In this document: positions 44,638 to 52,405 of the stretch, piece by piece
How the letters are laid out: the number at the start of each line of letters is the position of its first letter
Numbering within the stretch: the first letter of the stretch is position 1
DNA from: a virus
Direction: 5' to 3' (one strand)
DNA: 64,000 bases
IMG/VR virus record: IMGVR_UViG_3300050505_000515
Translations under genes and position numbers: made by a program
Notes under the pieces: generated by a model
Told to the model about the DNA's origin: nothing
Databases searched by the model: none
The model's input: the letters and a program-made list of their open reading frames with translations, nothing else

Positions 44638-45422
44638 CCCCCGACCTCCAGAGCTACGACGTCCTGCTCGTCAACTCCAGCGCCGGCAAGGACAGCCAGG
44701 CCATGCTCGACCAGGTTGTCGCGCTGGCCGGCGCCGCCGGGATCCATGACCGCGTGGTCGTGGTCCACGCCGACCTCGGCCGGGTGGAGTGGCAAGGGAC
44801 GCGCGCGCTCGCGGAGGAGCAGGCCGCCCACTACGGCGTCCGGTTCGAGGTGGTCAAGCGCACCCAGAACGATCTGCTCGGCCACGTGAGGGCGCGGGGG
44901 CGCTGGCCCGGGATGGGCCCGACCCGCTTCTGCACGAGCGACCACAAGCGCGGCCCGGTGCGCACGCTGATGACCCGGCTCGTCCGGGAGCTCCACCGCG
45001 GCCGGCCGGTCCGGATCCTCAACTGCATGGGGATGCGCGCGGCCGAGAGCCCGGCGCGGGCCAAGATGACTGCCTTCGCGTACGACGCGGCGTCCTCCAA
45101 CGGACGGCGCCACGTCGACAAGTGGCTGCCGATTCACGACTGGTCGAAGGACCAGGTCTGGGCGCGCATCCGGGAGAGCAAGGTCCGGCACCACCGGGCC
45201 TACGATCTCGGGATGCCGCGCCTCAGCTGCGTGTTCTGCATCTACGCGCCGCGCGACGCGCTGCTCCTCGCCGGGGAGCACAACCCGGAGCTGCTCGCCG
45301 AGTACGTCTCGGTCGAGCGGCTCATCCGGCACAAGTTCAAGGCGGATCTCGCCATCGAGGAGATCCAGGACGCGCTCGCACGGGGCGAGCGCGCCGCCAA
45401 ACCGGCCGACTGGGCCATGTAG
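44634..45422 (+). CDS. PAPS-reductase/PP-loop family protein (paralog 3)
   Basis: NSSAGKDS, HADLG, RFCTSDHKRGP, GMRAAES..R, WLPIHDW, RLSCVFC. Confidence 0.85.
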   Translation: MTPDLQSYDVLLVNSSAGKDSQAMLDQVVALAGAAGIHDRVVVVHADLGRVEWQGTRALAEEQAAHYGVRFEVVKRTQNDLLGHVRARGRWPGMGPTRFCTSDHKRGPVRTLMTRLVRELHRGRPVRILNCMGMRAAESPARAKMTAFAYDAASSNGRRHVDKWLPIHDWSKDQVWARIRESKVRHHRAYDLGMPRLSCVFCIYAPRDALLLAGEHNPELLAEYVSVERLIRHKFKADLAIEEIQDALARGERAAKPADWAM

Positions 45423-45431
45423 GAGACTGCG

Positions 45432-45620
45432 ATGAAGTGGACCTTCGTTCTGCTGCTGGGGCTCGCCGCCTGCGCGACGGCTGGGCCGTACGTGACCGAG
45501 GTGCGACCGCTGCCGAACGGCGCGATCCGCGTCAAGAAGTGCTTCGTCGCGTACACCTGGGGCCCGCTCGGCGACAACGTCTACACCGGCGAGTGCCGGG
45601 AAGAGACGGTGAAGCCGTGA
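45432..45620 (+). CDS. small lipoprotein, paralog B
   Basis: lipobox LAAC; AGPYV..V.PLPNGAIRV..C. Confidence 0.65.
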   Translation: MKWTFVLLLGLAACATAGPYVTEVRPLPNGAIRVKKCFVAYTWGPLGDNVYTGECREETVKP

Positions 45621-45967
45621 GCTGGGCGGACGCGAAGTTCGCGAAGCCCGCGCGCTCGATGGCAGATATTGTCGCCCACGCCGTGGCGGCGTTCTGGGCC
45701 GACGTCGCCGCGCAGCACCCGGAGATCACGACTGGCGACCTCGGGGCCATGGAGACCGCGGCGTTCGAGGACGCTGCGAGCATCGCCGTGCTGGAGTGGC
45801 TCCGAGCGAACGAGCCCCACCCGAGCGACGTCGAGCACTTCGTCGGCAAGACGGTCGTACGCGTGGACCACAATGCGCTCGTGGGCTCGCACGGCGAGCC
45901 GACCGTCACCCTGCATTTCGGCGACCGGACGACGCACACCTACGTCCTGTCGCCCCACGACGACTGA
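45617..45967 (+). CDS. hypothetical protein
   Basis: GTGA coupling. Confidence 0.5.
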   Translation: MSWADAKFAKPARSMADIVAHAVAAFWADVAAQHPEITTGDLGAMETAAFEDAASIAVLEWLRANEPHPSDVEHFVGKTVVRVDHNALVGSHGEPTVTLHFGDRTTHTYVLSPHDD

Positions 45968-45990
45968 CCCCAACCCAACGAAAGGACCCC

Positions 45991-46797
45991 ATGGCACGCA
46001 AGACATCGCCGCGGCGAGCTCCCGATCACGTGCTCGCCAAGCTGGAGCGCCTGCGCGTCTCCGGCAACGTCGCGCTCCGCTACGAGGAGCAGCTCGACCG
46101 CGAGGAGTACCTCGCCATGAACCTCGTGCTCGAAGCCCTGGGCGGCAAGTGGAACCGGAAAGCCAACGGGCACATCTTCCCGGGCGACCCGACGCCGCTG
46201 CTCACCCAGGTGCTGGAGACCGGCATCTACACCGACGGCAAGAAGGACTTCGGGTTCTTCGAGACGCCCGAGCACCTCGCCGAGGCGATGGTCGAGCGGG
46301 CCGGCGTGAAGCTCCACCACCAGGTGCTGGAGCCGTCCGCCGGCCGCGGGCGCATCGCCCTGCAGGCGCGCCTGTCGGGCGCGTTCGTGCACTGCGTCGA
46401 GATCCAGCCCGAGCACGCGAAGTACCTGCGCGAAACGCTCGGGTTCACGAACGTGCACGAGGCCGACTTCCTGACCCTCTGGTCAGACTCCGGCCACAAG
46501 CACTTCGGTCCGTACGTCGCCCAGAACGGCGGCTTCGACCGCATCGTCATGAACCCGCCGTTCGCGGGCCAGGTCGACATCGACCACGTGCTGCACGCCT
46601 ACGGGATGCTCCGTCCGGGCGGCACGCTGGTCAGTGTGATGGCGGCCGGCGTCGCCTTCCGCGAGAACGCGAAGACCCGGGGCTTCCGCGAATTTGTGAG
46701 CGAATGCCGCGGCGGCAGCATCGAGCCTCTGCCGGACGGCACGTTCGAGGAGAGCGGCACCGGCGTGCGCACCGTGCTCGTCACGCTGCATCGCTGA
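45991..46797 (+). CDS. class I SAM-dependent amino (probably N6-adenine) methyltransferase
   Basis: FFETP, VLEPSAGRG, EADFL, VMNPPF. Confidence 0.85.
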   Translation: MARKTSPRRAPDHVLAKLERLRVSGNVALRYEEQLDREEYLAMNLVLEALGGKWNRKANGHIFPGDPTPLLTQVLETGIYTDGKKDFGFFETPEHLAEAMVERAGVKLHHQVLEPSAGRGRIALQARLSGAFVHCVEIQPEHAKYLRETLGFTNVHEADFLTLWSDSGHKHFGPYVAQNGGFDRIVMNPPFAGQVDIDHVLHAYGMLRPGGTLVSVMAAGVAFRENAKTRGFREFVSECRGGSIEPLPDGTFEESGTGVRTVLVTLHR

Positions 46798-46835
46798 CGG
46801 TCAGAATTGACCGGGCGCCCGGGTCGTCCTACGCT
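46795..46835 (+). promoter_or_regulatory. promoter TTGACC-17-TACGCT overlapped by CGGTCA-N4-TGACCG
   Basis: 19-mer identical to minus strand 19789-19807. Confidence 0.7.
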
Positions 46836-46860
46836 TGGGGGGCAGAGAGAAAGAGGAGAG

Positions 46861-47217
46861 ATGCTCAGCCACAAGGAAATCATCGCGCGGTTCAAGCTCG
46901 AAGACGAGAGCGCCGCCTACGACGCCAACGCCATCGACCAGATCCAGCTCGCCGGCTTCAAGCACGGCAAGGACGGTCTCCGCTGGGACGACGCCTGCGA
47001 CGCCGCCGCCATCGACATGGACGTCGAGCACACGGCGCAGATCCTGTTCGTGCCCGAGGCCAAGGTCCGCCGGATCTACGACGAGGCCTGGCGCGAGGGC
47101 GCGGCGTCGCGATCGGTCGACGAGGTGCGCATCCAGCGCGCGGAGGCCAATCTGGCTCAGGCCCCGAAGAAGGCGAAGAAGCGCGCTTCATCACGCGCCG
47201 CCCGCGCGAGCGCGTGA
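46861..47217 (+). CDS. hypothetical protein
   Basis: SD GAGGAG after promoter. Confidence 0.55.
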   Translation: MLSHKEIIARFKLEDESAAYDANAIDQIQLAGFKHGKDGLRWDDACDAAAIDMDVEHTAQILFVPEAKVRRIYDEAWREGAASRSVDEVRIQRAEANLAQAPKKAKKRASSRAARASA

Positions 47218-47435
47218 TGGCGCCCGCATCGGAAGACCGGGCGCGCGCGCTCGAAGCGTCGGCCGAGGTGCTCGGCGCCGTCAGCCGGCTCAGCCTGACC
47301 GGCGCGCCCGAGCTCGGTCGCGCCGTCCTCTCGTTCGAGACGGAGGCGGGCTCCTACGCCGTCGAGCTCACGCCCGCCCACATCGTGGCGATCGCCGCGG
47401 CCGCTCCGGCCGTGCTCGCCGGGATCTGCGACTGA
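47217..47435 (+). CDS. hypothetical protein
   Basis: TGATG coupling. Confidence 0.45.
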   Translation: MAPASEDRARALEASAEVLGAVSRLSLTGAPELGRAVLSFETEAGSYAVELTPAHIVAIAAAAPAVLAGICD

Positions 47436-47683
47436 TGTTCACGCACGCCATCGCAGACCCCAGGGACGGCATCCTGGTCGGCCGCCGGCCGGAGCTCGAC
47501 GAGCTCCGCGAGGCGCTCAGGCTGCGCACCAAAGAGCACTTCACCGCGCTCGCGATCGCCAACGCGCTCGGCGGCGCCAGGTCGGCGGCGTGGGCTCTCG
47601 CCCACACGTTCACCGCCGACGAGCTACGACGTGAGCTCTTGAAGCGCGGGGTGGACCCGACGCTCGTGGAGAAGGACCCATGA
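47435..47683 (+). CDS. hypothetical protein
   Basis: TGATG coupling. Confidence 0.45.
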   Translation: MFTHAIADPRDGILVGRRPELDELREALRLRTKEHFTALAIANALGGARSAAWALAHTFTADELRRELLKRGVDPTLVEKDP

Positions 47684-47922
47684 CCAAGGACAAGAGACGA
47701 TTCCGGCTCCAGGACGCCCGCGGGGAAGACTGCCTCGGCGGCGCCGTTACCATCGACAACCCCTACATCAGCGGCTACGGCACGCTCGTCGGCGGCTCCC
47801 CGCCCGACAAGCTCCGCGTCCGCGACTCCTGCAAGAAGCGCTACGCGCTCTCGGGCCAGAAGCCGACGGTCTACACCATCGTGCGCGTCGAGGACGCGGA
47901 GGAGGAGCCGTGCGCCTCCTAG
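47680..47922 (+). CDS. hypothetical protein
   Basis: SD AAGGA; coupled. Confidence 0.55.
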   Translation: MTKDKRRFRLQDARGEDCLGGAVTIDNPYISGYGTLVGGSPPDKLRVRDSCKKRYALSGQKPTVYTIVRVEDAEEEPCAS

Positions 47923-48593
47923 CCCTGGGCCTGCTCACGCTCGCCGGCTGCGGCGGCGGTGACTTCGTGGCCGGTGAGACGGACCCGGACGCCGCGGGCG
48001 TGACCGACACCTCGTCGAGCTCTGCCAGCTCTGGCCCCGGCGGCGAGGCGGGCGGGAGCTCGGTCTCTTCGTCGACCGGCCAGGGCGCCGGCGGCAGCGG
48101 AGCCGGTCCGGCTTCGTCGTCGTCCTCGACCACTGGGCCTGGCGGAGGCGGAGCCGGTGGCGGCTGCGTCGCCAAGACTTGCGAGGACCTCGGCAAGGAC
48201 TGCGGTCCCGAGGACGACGGCTGCGGCGGCCCGCTCGACTGCGGCTCTTGCCCCGTGAACGAAACATGCGGCGGCGGCGGTACTCCCGGCGTCTGCGGCG
48301 GGTGCGTGCCCACGTCCTGCGCGGCCGAGGACGTGCACTGCGGCACGGTCGCGGACGGCTGCGGCAACACCCTCGACTGCGGCGCCTACCAGGCGTCGCC
48401 CGGCAACGACTTCGGCCAGAACTCCACCGCCGCGTGCCCCGATGCCACGTGGCCGCTCGCGTGGAAGTGCGCCGCCGGCGGCAAGAAGGGCGCGAGCCCG
48501 CCGCCGCCAGGGGCCACGTCCTGCATCGACAACCCCGTCGTGGCCGGCTGGACCGACTACGGCGACTACTACTGGTGCTGCGATTTCCCATGA
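47910..48593 (+). CDS. myxobacterial-type Cys-rich lipoprotein
   Basis: lipobox LAGC; Ser/Gly linker; C..TC...CG...DGCG..LDCG repeats. Confidence 0.75.
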   Translation: MRLLALGLLTLAGCGGGDFVAGETDPDAAGVTDTSSSSASSGPGGEAGGSSVSSSTGQGAGGSGAGPASSSSSTTGPGGGGAGGGCVAKTCEDLGKDCGPEDDGCGGPLDCGSCPVNETCGGGGTPGVCGGCVPTSCAAEDVHCGTVADGCGNTLDCGAYQASPGNDFGQNSTAACPDATWPLAWKCAAGGKKGASPPPPGATSCIDNPVVAGWTDYGDYYWCCDFP

Positions 48594-48841
48594 GCAAGAC
48601 CAAGCATCCGCAAGCCGTGCGTCTCTACCTCTGCGGCGGCGGCAAGCCGCACGGGCTCGTGCCGCGGCGTGCCGACGGCACGTACGAGACGCCCGACGTC
48701 GGCGACTACAAGGGGATGGTCACGGACTACATCGAGGTCACCATCCGCGATGGCGGCATTGACGTCCGCGTGGGCGAGGGGGTGCTCCAGGTCGAGCCGC
48801 ATGCCGGCAACCACATCCGCGTCTGCCGGCGGGACTACTGA
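48590..48841 (+). CDS. hypothetical protein
   Basis: ATGA coupling. Confidence 0.5.
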   Translation: MSKTKHPQAVRLYLCGGGKPHGLVPRRADGTYETPDVGDYKGMVTDYIEVTIRDGGIDVRVGEGVLQVEPHAGNHIRVCRRDY

Positions 48842-48847
48842 TGGCGT

Positions 48848-48973
48848 CGCGCGCGAGGGGCTGCCCTCTCGTGGAGTCGGGCTTCGCCGGTGCGGGCGTA
48901 CAGGGGAAAGAGAGAGCCTCCGTTCGCATGCAACCGGCCGGCGCGTCCCGAAGAGAGGGCAGCCTCGCGCGCG
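48848..48973. other. long intergenic inverted repeat ahead of an SD
   Basis: GGCTGCCCTCTC/GAGAGGGCAGCC plus CGCGCGCGAG/CTCGCGCGCG. Confidence 0.65.
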
Positions 48974-48989
48974 TGACGAAGGAGAGCAC

Positions 48990-49154
48990 ATGACGGACCG
49001 ACAGCTGCCCAAGTGCGCCCGCGGCGAGCCGTGCGAGCGCGACCGCGTGCACGCGCCCGAGCGCGTCACCTGGGATGATCTGCAACGCCTGACGCTCTGC
49101 GCGGAGCACCGCGAGGAGCTCACCAAGGCCTCGAAGAGGACGGCGAGCAAGTGA
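48990..49154 (+). CDS. small Cys/His protein
   Basis: SD GAAGGAG. Confidence 0.45.
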   Translation: MTDRQLPKCARGEPCERDRVHAPERVTWDDLQRLTLCAEHREELTKASKRTASK

Positions 49155-49441
49155 AGCCGCGCCACGAACACGACTGCGAGAGGTGCACCTTCCTCGGCTG
49201 CTACGGCGACGCCGACCTCTACCACTGCGCGAAGGGCGTCGGCCCGACGGTGATCGCGCGCTACGGCGCCGAGGCGGACTACGCGTCCGCGCCGGTGTGG
49301 ATGCGCGAAACTCGTCCAGAGCCACAGCCGCTGCCGGGCCAGCCTGGCTGGCCTGAGCTGGAGCAGATGGCGGCGCTCCGGGTCGCCTACCTCCTCGCCA
49401 TCGACGCCGGCCTGCCGGTCGAGCCGGTCGAGAAGCCATGA
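49151..49441 (+). CDS. hypothetical protein
   Basis: HEHDCERC.FLG; coupled. Confidence 0.55.
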   Translation: MKPRHEHDCERCTFLGCYGDADLYHCAKGVGPTVIARYGAEADYASAPVWMRETRPEPQPLPGQPGWPELEQMAALRVAYLLAIDAGLPVEPVEKP

Positions 49442-49713
49442 GCCGGTCCTACTTCCTCGCGTCGCGCACGCTGCCCGACGGTCGTGAGCTCGGCATCGTG
49501 CCGCTCACCTACGGACGGGCGCGAATCGTCTGGAGCCGGAGCGCCGGAGCGCTCACCTACGAAGACGCCTGGTGATACGACACGCCCGAGGCCGCGGTCG
49601 CGGCCTTCGATGCGTGGGACGGGGAAGGCGAGCCCTCCGGGTGGATGCGCCATCCGAGCTCGGGACGGCGCCGGCCTGGAGGAGACCCTGCGAAGGAGTA
49701 CGTGAACCGATGA
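49438..49713 (+). CDS. candidate selenoprotein (91 aa) with in-frame TGA at 49573-49575
   Basis: ATG overlaps upstream TGA; frame runs W-TGA-YDTPEAAVAAFDAWDGEGEPSGWMRHPSSGRRRPGGD to a stop overlapping next ATG; SECIS-like hairpin follows. Confidence 0.68.
49581..49616 (+). promoter_or_regulatory. bacterial SECIS-like stem-loop
   Basis: CGAGGCCGC-GGTC-GCGGCCTTCG, loop 20 nt after TGA; lower stem CACGC/GCGTG. Confidence 0.6.
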
Positions 49714-49991
49714 AGAAGGAAGAGAGCGACGACTACTTCCGCGCCACGTTCGGCGACGTTAGGCCGGGTCGCTTGGCGAACGTCCCGCGTGCTCCCACGC
49801 TGTGGCAGCTCTTGGCCATCGCCGCCGGCGCCGTCCTGGTCGGCGTGGCCGTACGCAAGAGCCTGCGTGTCCGCGTCTCCTCGCCCGCGCCGCTCGCTGA
49901 CGCGTCGCTCGGGACGTGCGAGGATGGGTTCCGCGGTGGCGTCTACGCCGGCAGCGGGGAGGACACCCATGGACCCACATCGCAGCCCTGA
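49710..49991 (+). CDS. single-TM protein
   Basis: LWQLLAIAAGAVLVGVAV; ATGA coupling. Confidence 0.5.
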   Translation: MKKEESDDYFRATFGDVRPGRLANVPRAPTLWQLLAIAAGAVLVGVAVRKSLRVRVSSPAPLADASLGTCEDGFRGGVYAGSGEDTHGPTSQP

Positions 49992-50376
49992 CTGGAAGCG
50001 AATCGCATTCGAGCGCGAGGCCGACGTCGCTGACCTGACCGAGGAGATCGCCGCCGTCAGGCGCCTCCTTCGGATCCAGAAGCTCCAGTCCTGGGGCCGG
50101 GTGCTCCTCTTCTCGACGCTGAGCATGGTCGGCATCTTCGGGGCCGGGATCTTCGTTGGCTCCTACCCGCCAGATCCGTTCGCGACGCGGGCCCCGGTGC
50201 CGGCGCCGCCGTGCGTCGACTCGGTGACCGTCCTCGACTACACCAACGTCAGCATCAGCCGCTGCCCTGCCGGCGCTGCGATGTCGACGGAGAAGATCTC
50301 CTGCCGCGACCAGGGCGACTTCTTCACTTCGGACGTCTACCTGGTCGTGCGCTGCACCTGCGGGGCCGAGCATTGA
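49969..50376 (+). CDS. membrane protein with Cys-rich C-terminus
   Basis: SD GGAGGA; TM VLLFSTLSMVGIFGAGIFV. Confidence 0.5.
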   Translation: MDPHRSPDWKRIAFEREADVADLTEEIAAVRRLLRIQKLQSWGRVLLFSTLSMVGIFGAGIFVGSYPPDPFATRAPVPAPPCVDSVTVLDYTNVSISRCPAGAAMSTEKISCRDQGDFFTSDVYLVVRCTCGAEH

Positions 50377-50426
50377 GCCGCGCGCGCGTGCCCACCCTCG
50401 GCCGCCACGCCGACGGCGTGGGCATC

Positions 50427-51101
50427 ATGACCACCGTCACGCGCTTCGAGAAGGCGCTCGGCGAGCGTGCCCAGGCCTGGTCCGGCCGCTGCTACGAGAT
50501 CGCCTGCGCCATCGTCAAGAAGCGCCTGGTCGACGGCGTGGCCGTCTACGGGCACTGGCTCGGCCCGGTGCACCGGCGCTCCCCGCTCTACCGGGAGCGC
50601 GCGCCGTTCTCGCGCCACGGCTGGGTCTCGCTCGAAGGCGGCAACGTGCTCGACCCGACCCGATGGGTGTTCGAGGCGGCGAGCCCGTACATCTACATCG
50701 GCCCCGTCGGCGACGTCTACGACGAGGGGGGCAACAAGTGGCGCCGAGCGGTGCAGCCGGATCCGCCGCCATACGACGACTCGGACCGACAGTACGAGAT
50801 CACCGCCCAGATCCTGCCGAGCGCGGGCTGGAACTTCGTTGAGCGCTACCTCCGGATCTGGCAGAGCGACACGCAGCCGGTCGGGTTCCTGACGGAGCCG
50901 CAGCTGCTCTACCTCGCCAACGCGCCGCTCGACGACCTCGGCGAGCACGCGGCTGCCATCTACCAGGCGCTCACCAAGCTCGGGCGCCGCGGGCTCATCC
51001 CGATCGACAACTACGACCGCGTGGAGCGCGCACGCGCGGCTCCACCGGCCCCGGCCGCCAGTCGTCGAGGGCGCGGGAAACAAGAGGGAGGCTCGGTGTG
51101 A
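50427..51101 (+). CDS. possible transglutaminase/papain-like Cys-His-Asp protein
   Basis: GRCYEIA...RHGWV...VLDPT. Confidence 0.55.
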   Translation: MTTVTRFEKALGERAQAWSGRCYEIACAIVKKRLVDGVAVYGHWLGPVHRRSPLYRERAPFSRHGWVSLEGGNVLDPTRWVFEAASPYIYIGPVGDVYDEGGNKWRRAVQPDPPPYDDSDRQYEITAQILPSAGWNFVERYLRIWQSDTQPVGFLTEPQLLYLANAPLDDLGEHAAAIYQALTKLGRRGLIPIDNYDRVERARAAPPAPAASRRGRGKQEGGSV

Positions 51102-51457
51102 TGCGCTGGCTCATGTGCTTGGTGTTGACGCTCGCTGGCTGCTCGTCCGAGGAGCGCGCCCACGCGCCCCTGCAGCACGGGATGGGCGGCTCCGGTGGCC
51201 AGGCCGCGGCGGCGAGTTCGGCGGCGACGGGCGGACAAGGCGGCGAGCCAACGGACGCCGGCTGCGATGCCTGGGCCGACGAGGGCTGCTGCGCGCCGTC
51301 GACGTTTTGCAAGGAGGGCTCGCTCGGACCGTGCCAGGTGGACGTGAAGCTCTGCGAGGGCGAGTGCGCGGGGACGCCAACGCCGGTGCCGAACACGAAG
51401 TGCGGCGACGGCGGCGTCTGCGCGGAAGGAGCCTGCGCGTACCCCGACGCGGGCTAG
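51098..51457 (+). CDS. Cys-rich lipoprotein
   Basis: lipobox LAGC; ends YPDAG. Confidence 0.65.
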   Translation: MMRWLMCLVLTLAGCSSEERAHAPLQHGMGGSGGQAAAASSAATGGQGGEPTDAGCDAWADEGCCAPSTFCKEGSLGPCQVDVKLCEGECAGTPTPVPNTKCGDGGVCAEGACAYPDAG

Positions 51458-51642
51458 ACCGGCCCGACCCGATCCACGAGCCCCCAGTCGTCGAAGATCT
51501 CGACGTACGACCCCTTCTCACGGGTGCTGAGGATGTCGGCCGCGCGCTCCTCGGCGGCCTCCAGGCTCGCCTCCACGAACGATCTCCGCACCCCGTCTTC
51601 CGGCGTGTGCAGCACGCCTTCGTAGCGGCGAGGCCGCTGCAT
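51454..51642 (-). CDS. hypothetical protein
   Basis: ATG right after upstream TAG. Confidence 0.45.
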   Translation of the reverse strand: MQRPRRYEGVLHTPEDGVRRSFVEASLEAAEERAADILSTREKGSYVEIFDDWGLVDRVGPV

Positions 51643-51644
51643 CT

Positions 51645-52124
51645 CTACTTCGGGTGCTCCGCCACCCAGCGGTCGAGCGCCGACTCGCACGCCGCGTAGA
51701 GCGCGCGCTCGGTCTCTCCTGGCGTGGCGGTGTCGGCGACGCCAACCACGCTCCAGTAGTGCGCCTCCATGCGGTAGAAGATCACGGTCGCCTGCCGGAG
51801 CGAGTCGCGCCGGAAGAGGGTGACCGTCAGGCCACGGGCCCGAGCGGCACGCTCCACCTGCTGGCGGATCTCCTCGGTCTGGACCGCGCCTGCGAAGATC
51901 CGGGTGAGCGAATTCGGAGGGGTCGGGCGATCGAGCGCGAGCCGGATGGCCTGGTCGCGGCACCAGCGCCAGGCGTCGGCGCTCATGCGCGCGAATTCGG
52001 CGCCGTCCCTCCGCCGGAGCACGACCGCCCCGTGCGGGGGCTCCTCGCTCTCGTACTCGGCGTAGTCTCCGTCCTCAGGCTCTGGGAGCCAGAAGTGCAC
52101 GCCTCGACTGGGCGCGTCCGTCAT
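51645..52124 (-). CDS. hypothetical protein
   Basis: ATGA coupling. Confidence 0.5.
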   Translation of the reverse strand: MTDAPSRGVHFWLPEPEDGDYAEYESEEPPHGAVVLRRRDGAEFARMSADAWRWCRDQAIRLALDRPTPPNSLTRIFAGAVQTEEIRQQVERAARARGLTVTLFRRDSLRQATVIFYRMEAHYWSVVGVADTATPGETERALYAACESALDRWVAEHPK

Positions 52125-52405
52125 CGGCCCTTCGGGAGCGGCGGCAGCGCCCGGATGGCGGCGTAGCCGGCCATGACCGCGGCCGCGTCGCAGGCTGCGT
52201 TCGCGAACGAGTCGTGCGTGGAGTAGGGGAAGACGCCGGGCATGGCGTCCTTCAGCTGGTCCTCGACGAGCTCCCAGCCGATGGCGAGCCCGAGCGCGGC
52301 CCACCAGGGCAGACGCGCGAGGCCGTAGAGCACGCCGATGGAGGCGTGGCCGAGGGTGTAGCGGTCGACCGCGGCCTCGTTGACGTTGCCGAGCGCGCGC
52401 CTCAT
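52121..52405 (-). CDS. small multi-pass membrane protein with H...WE..E...D motif
   Basis: DRYTLGH..G...GWELVE...DS..N..CD. Confidence 0.65.
   Translation of the reverse strand: MRRALGNVNEAAVDRYTLGHASIGVLYGLARLPWWAALGLAIGWELVEDQLKDAMPGVFPYSTHDSFANAACDAAAVMAGYAAIRALPPLPKGR

Noticed and set aside
50374-50430. Second possible Sec read-through (TGA 50374 to an ATGA overlap)
   Set aside because: The TGA is near the natural C-terminus, the hairpin loop lacks GGU and lies at the far end of the spacing range, and there is no family evidence.
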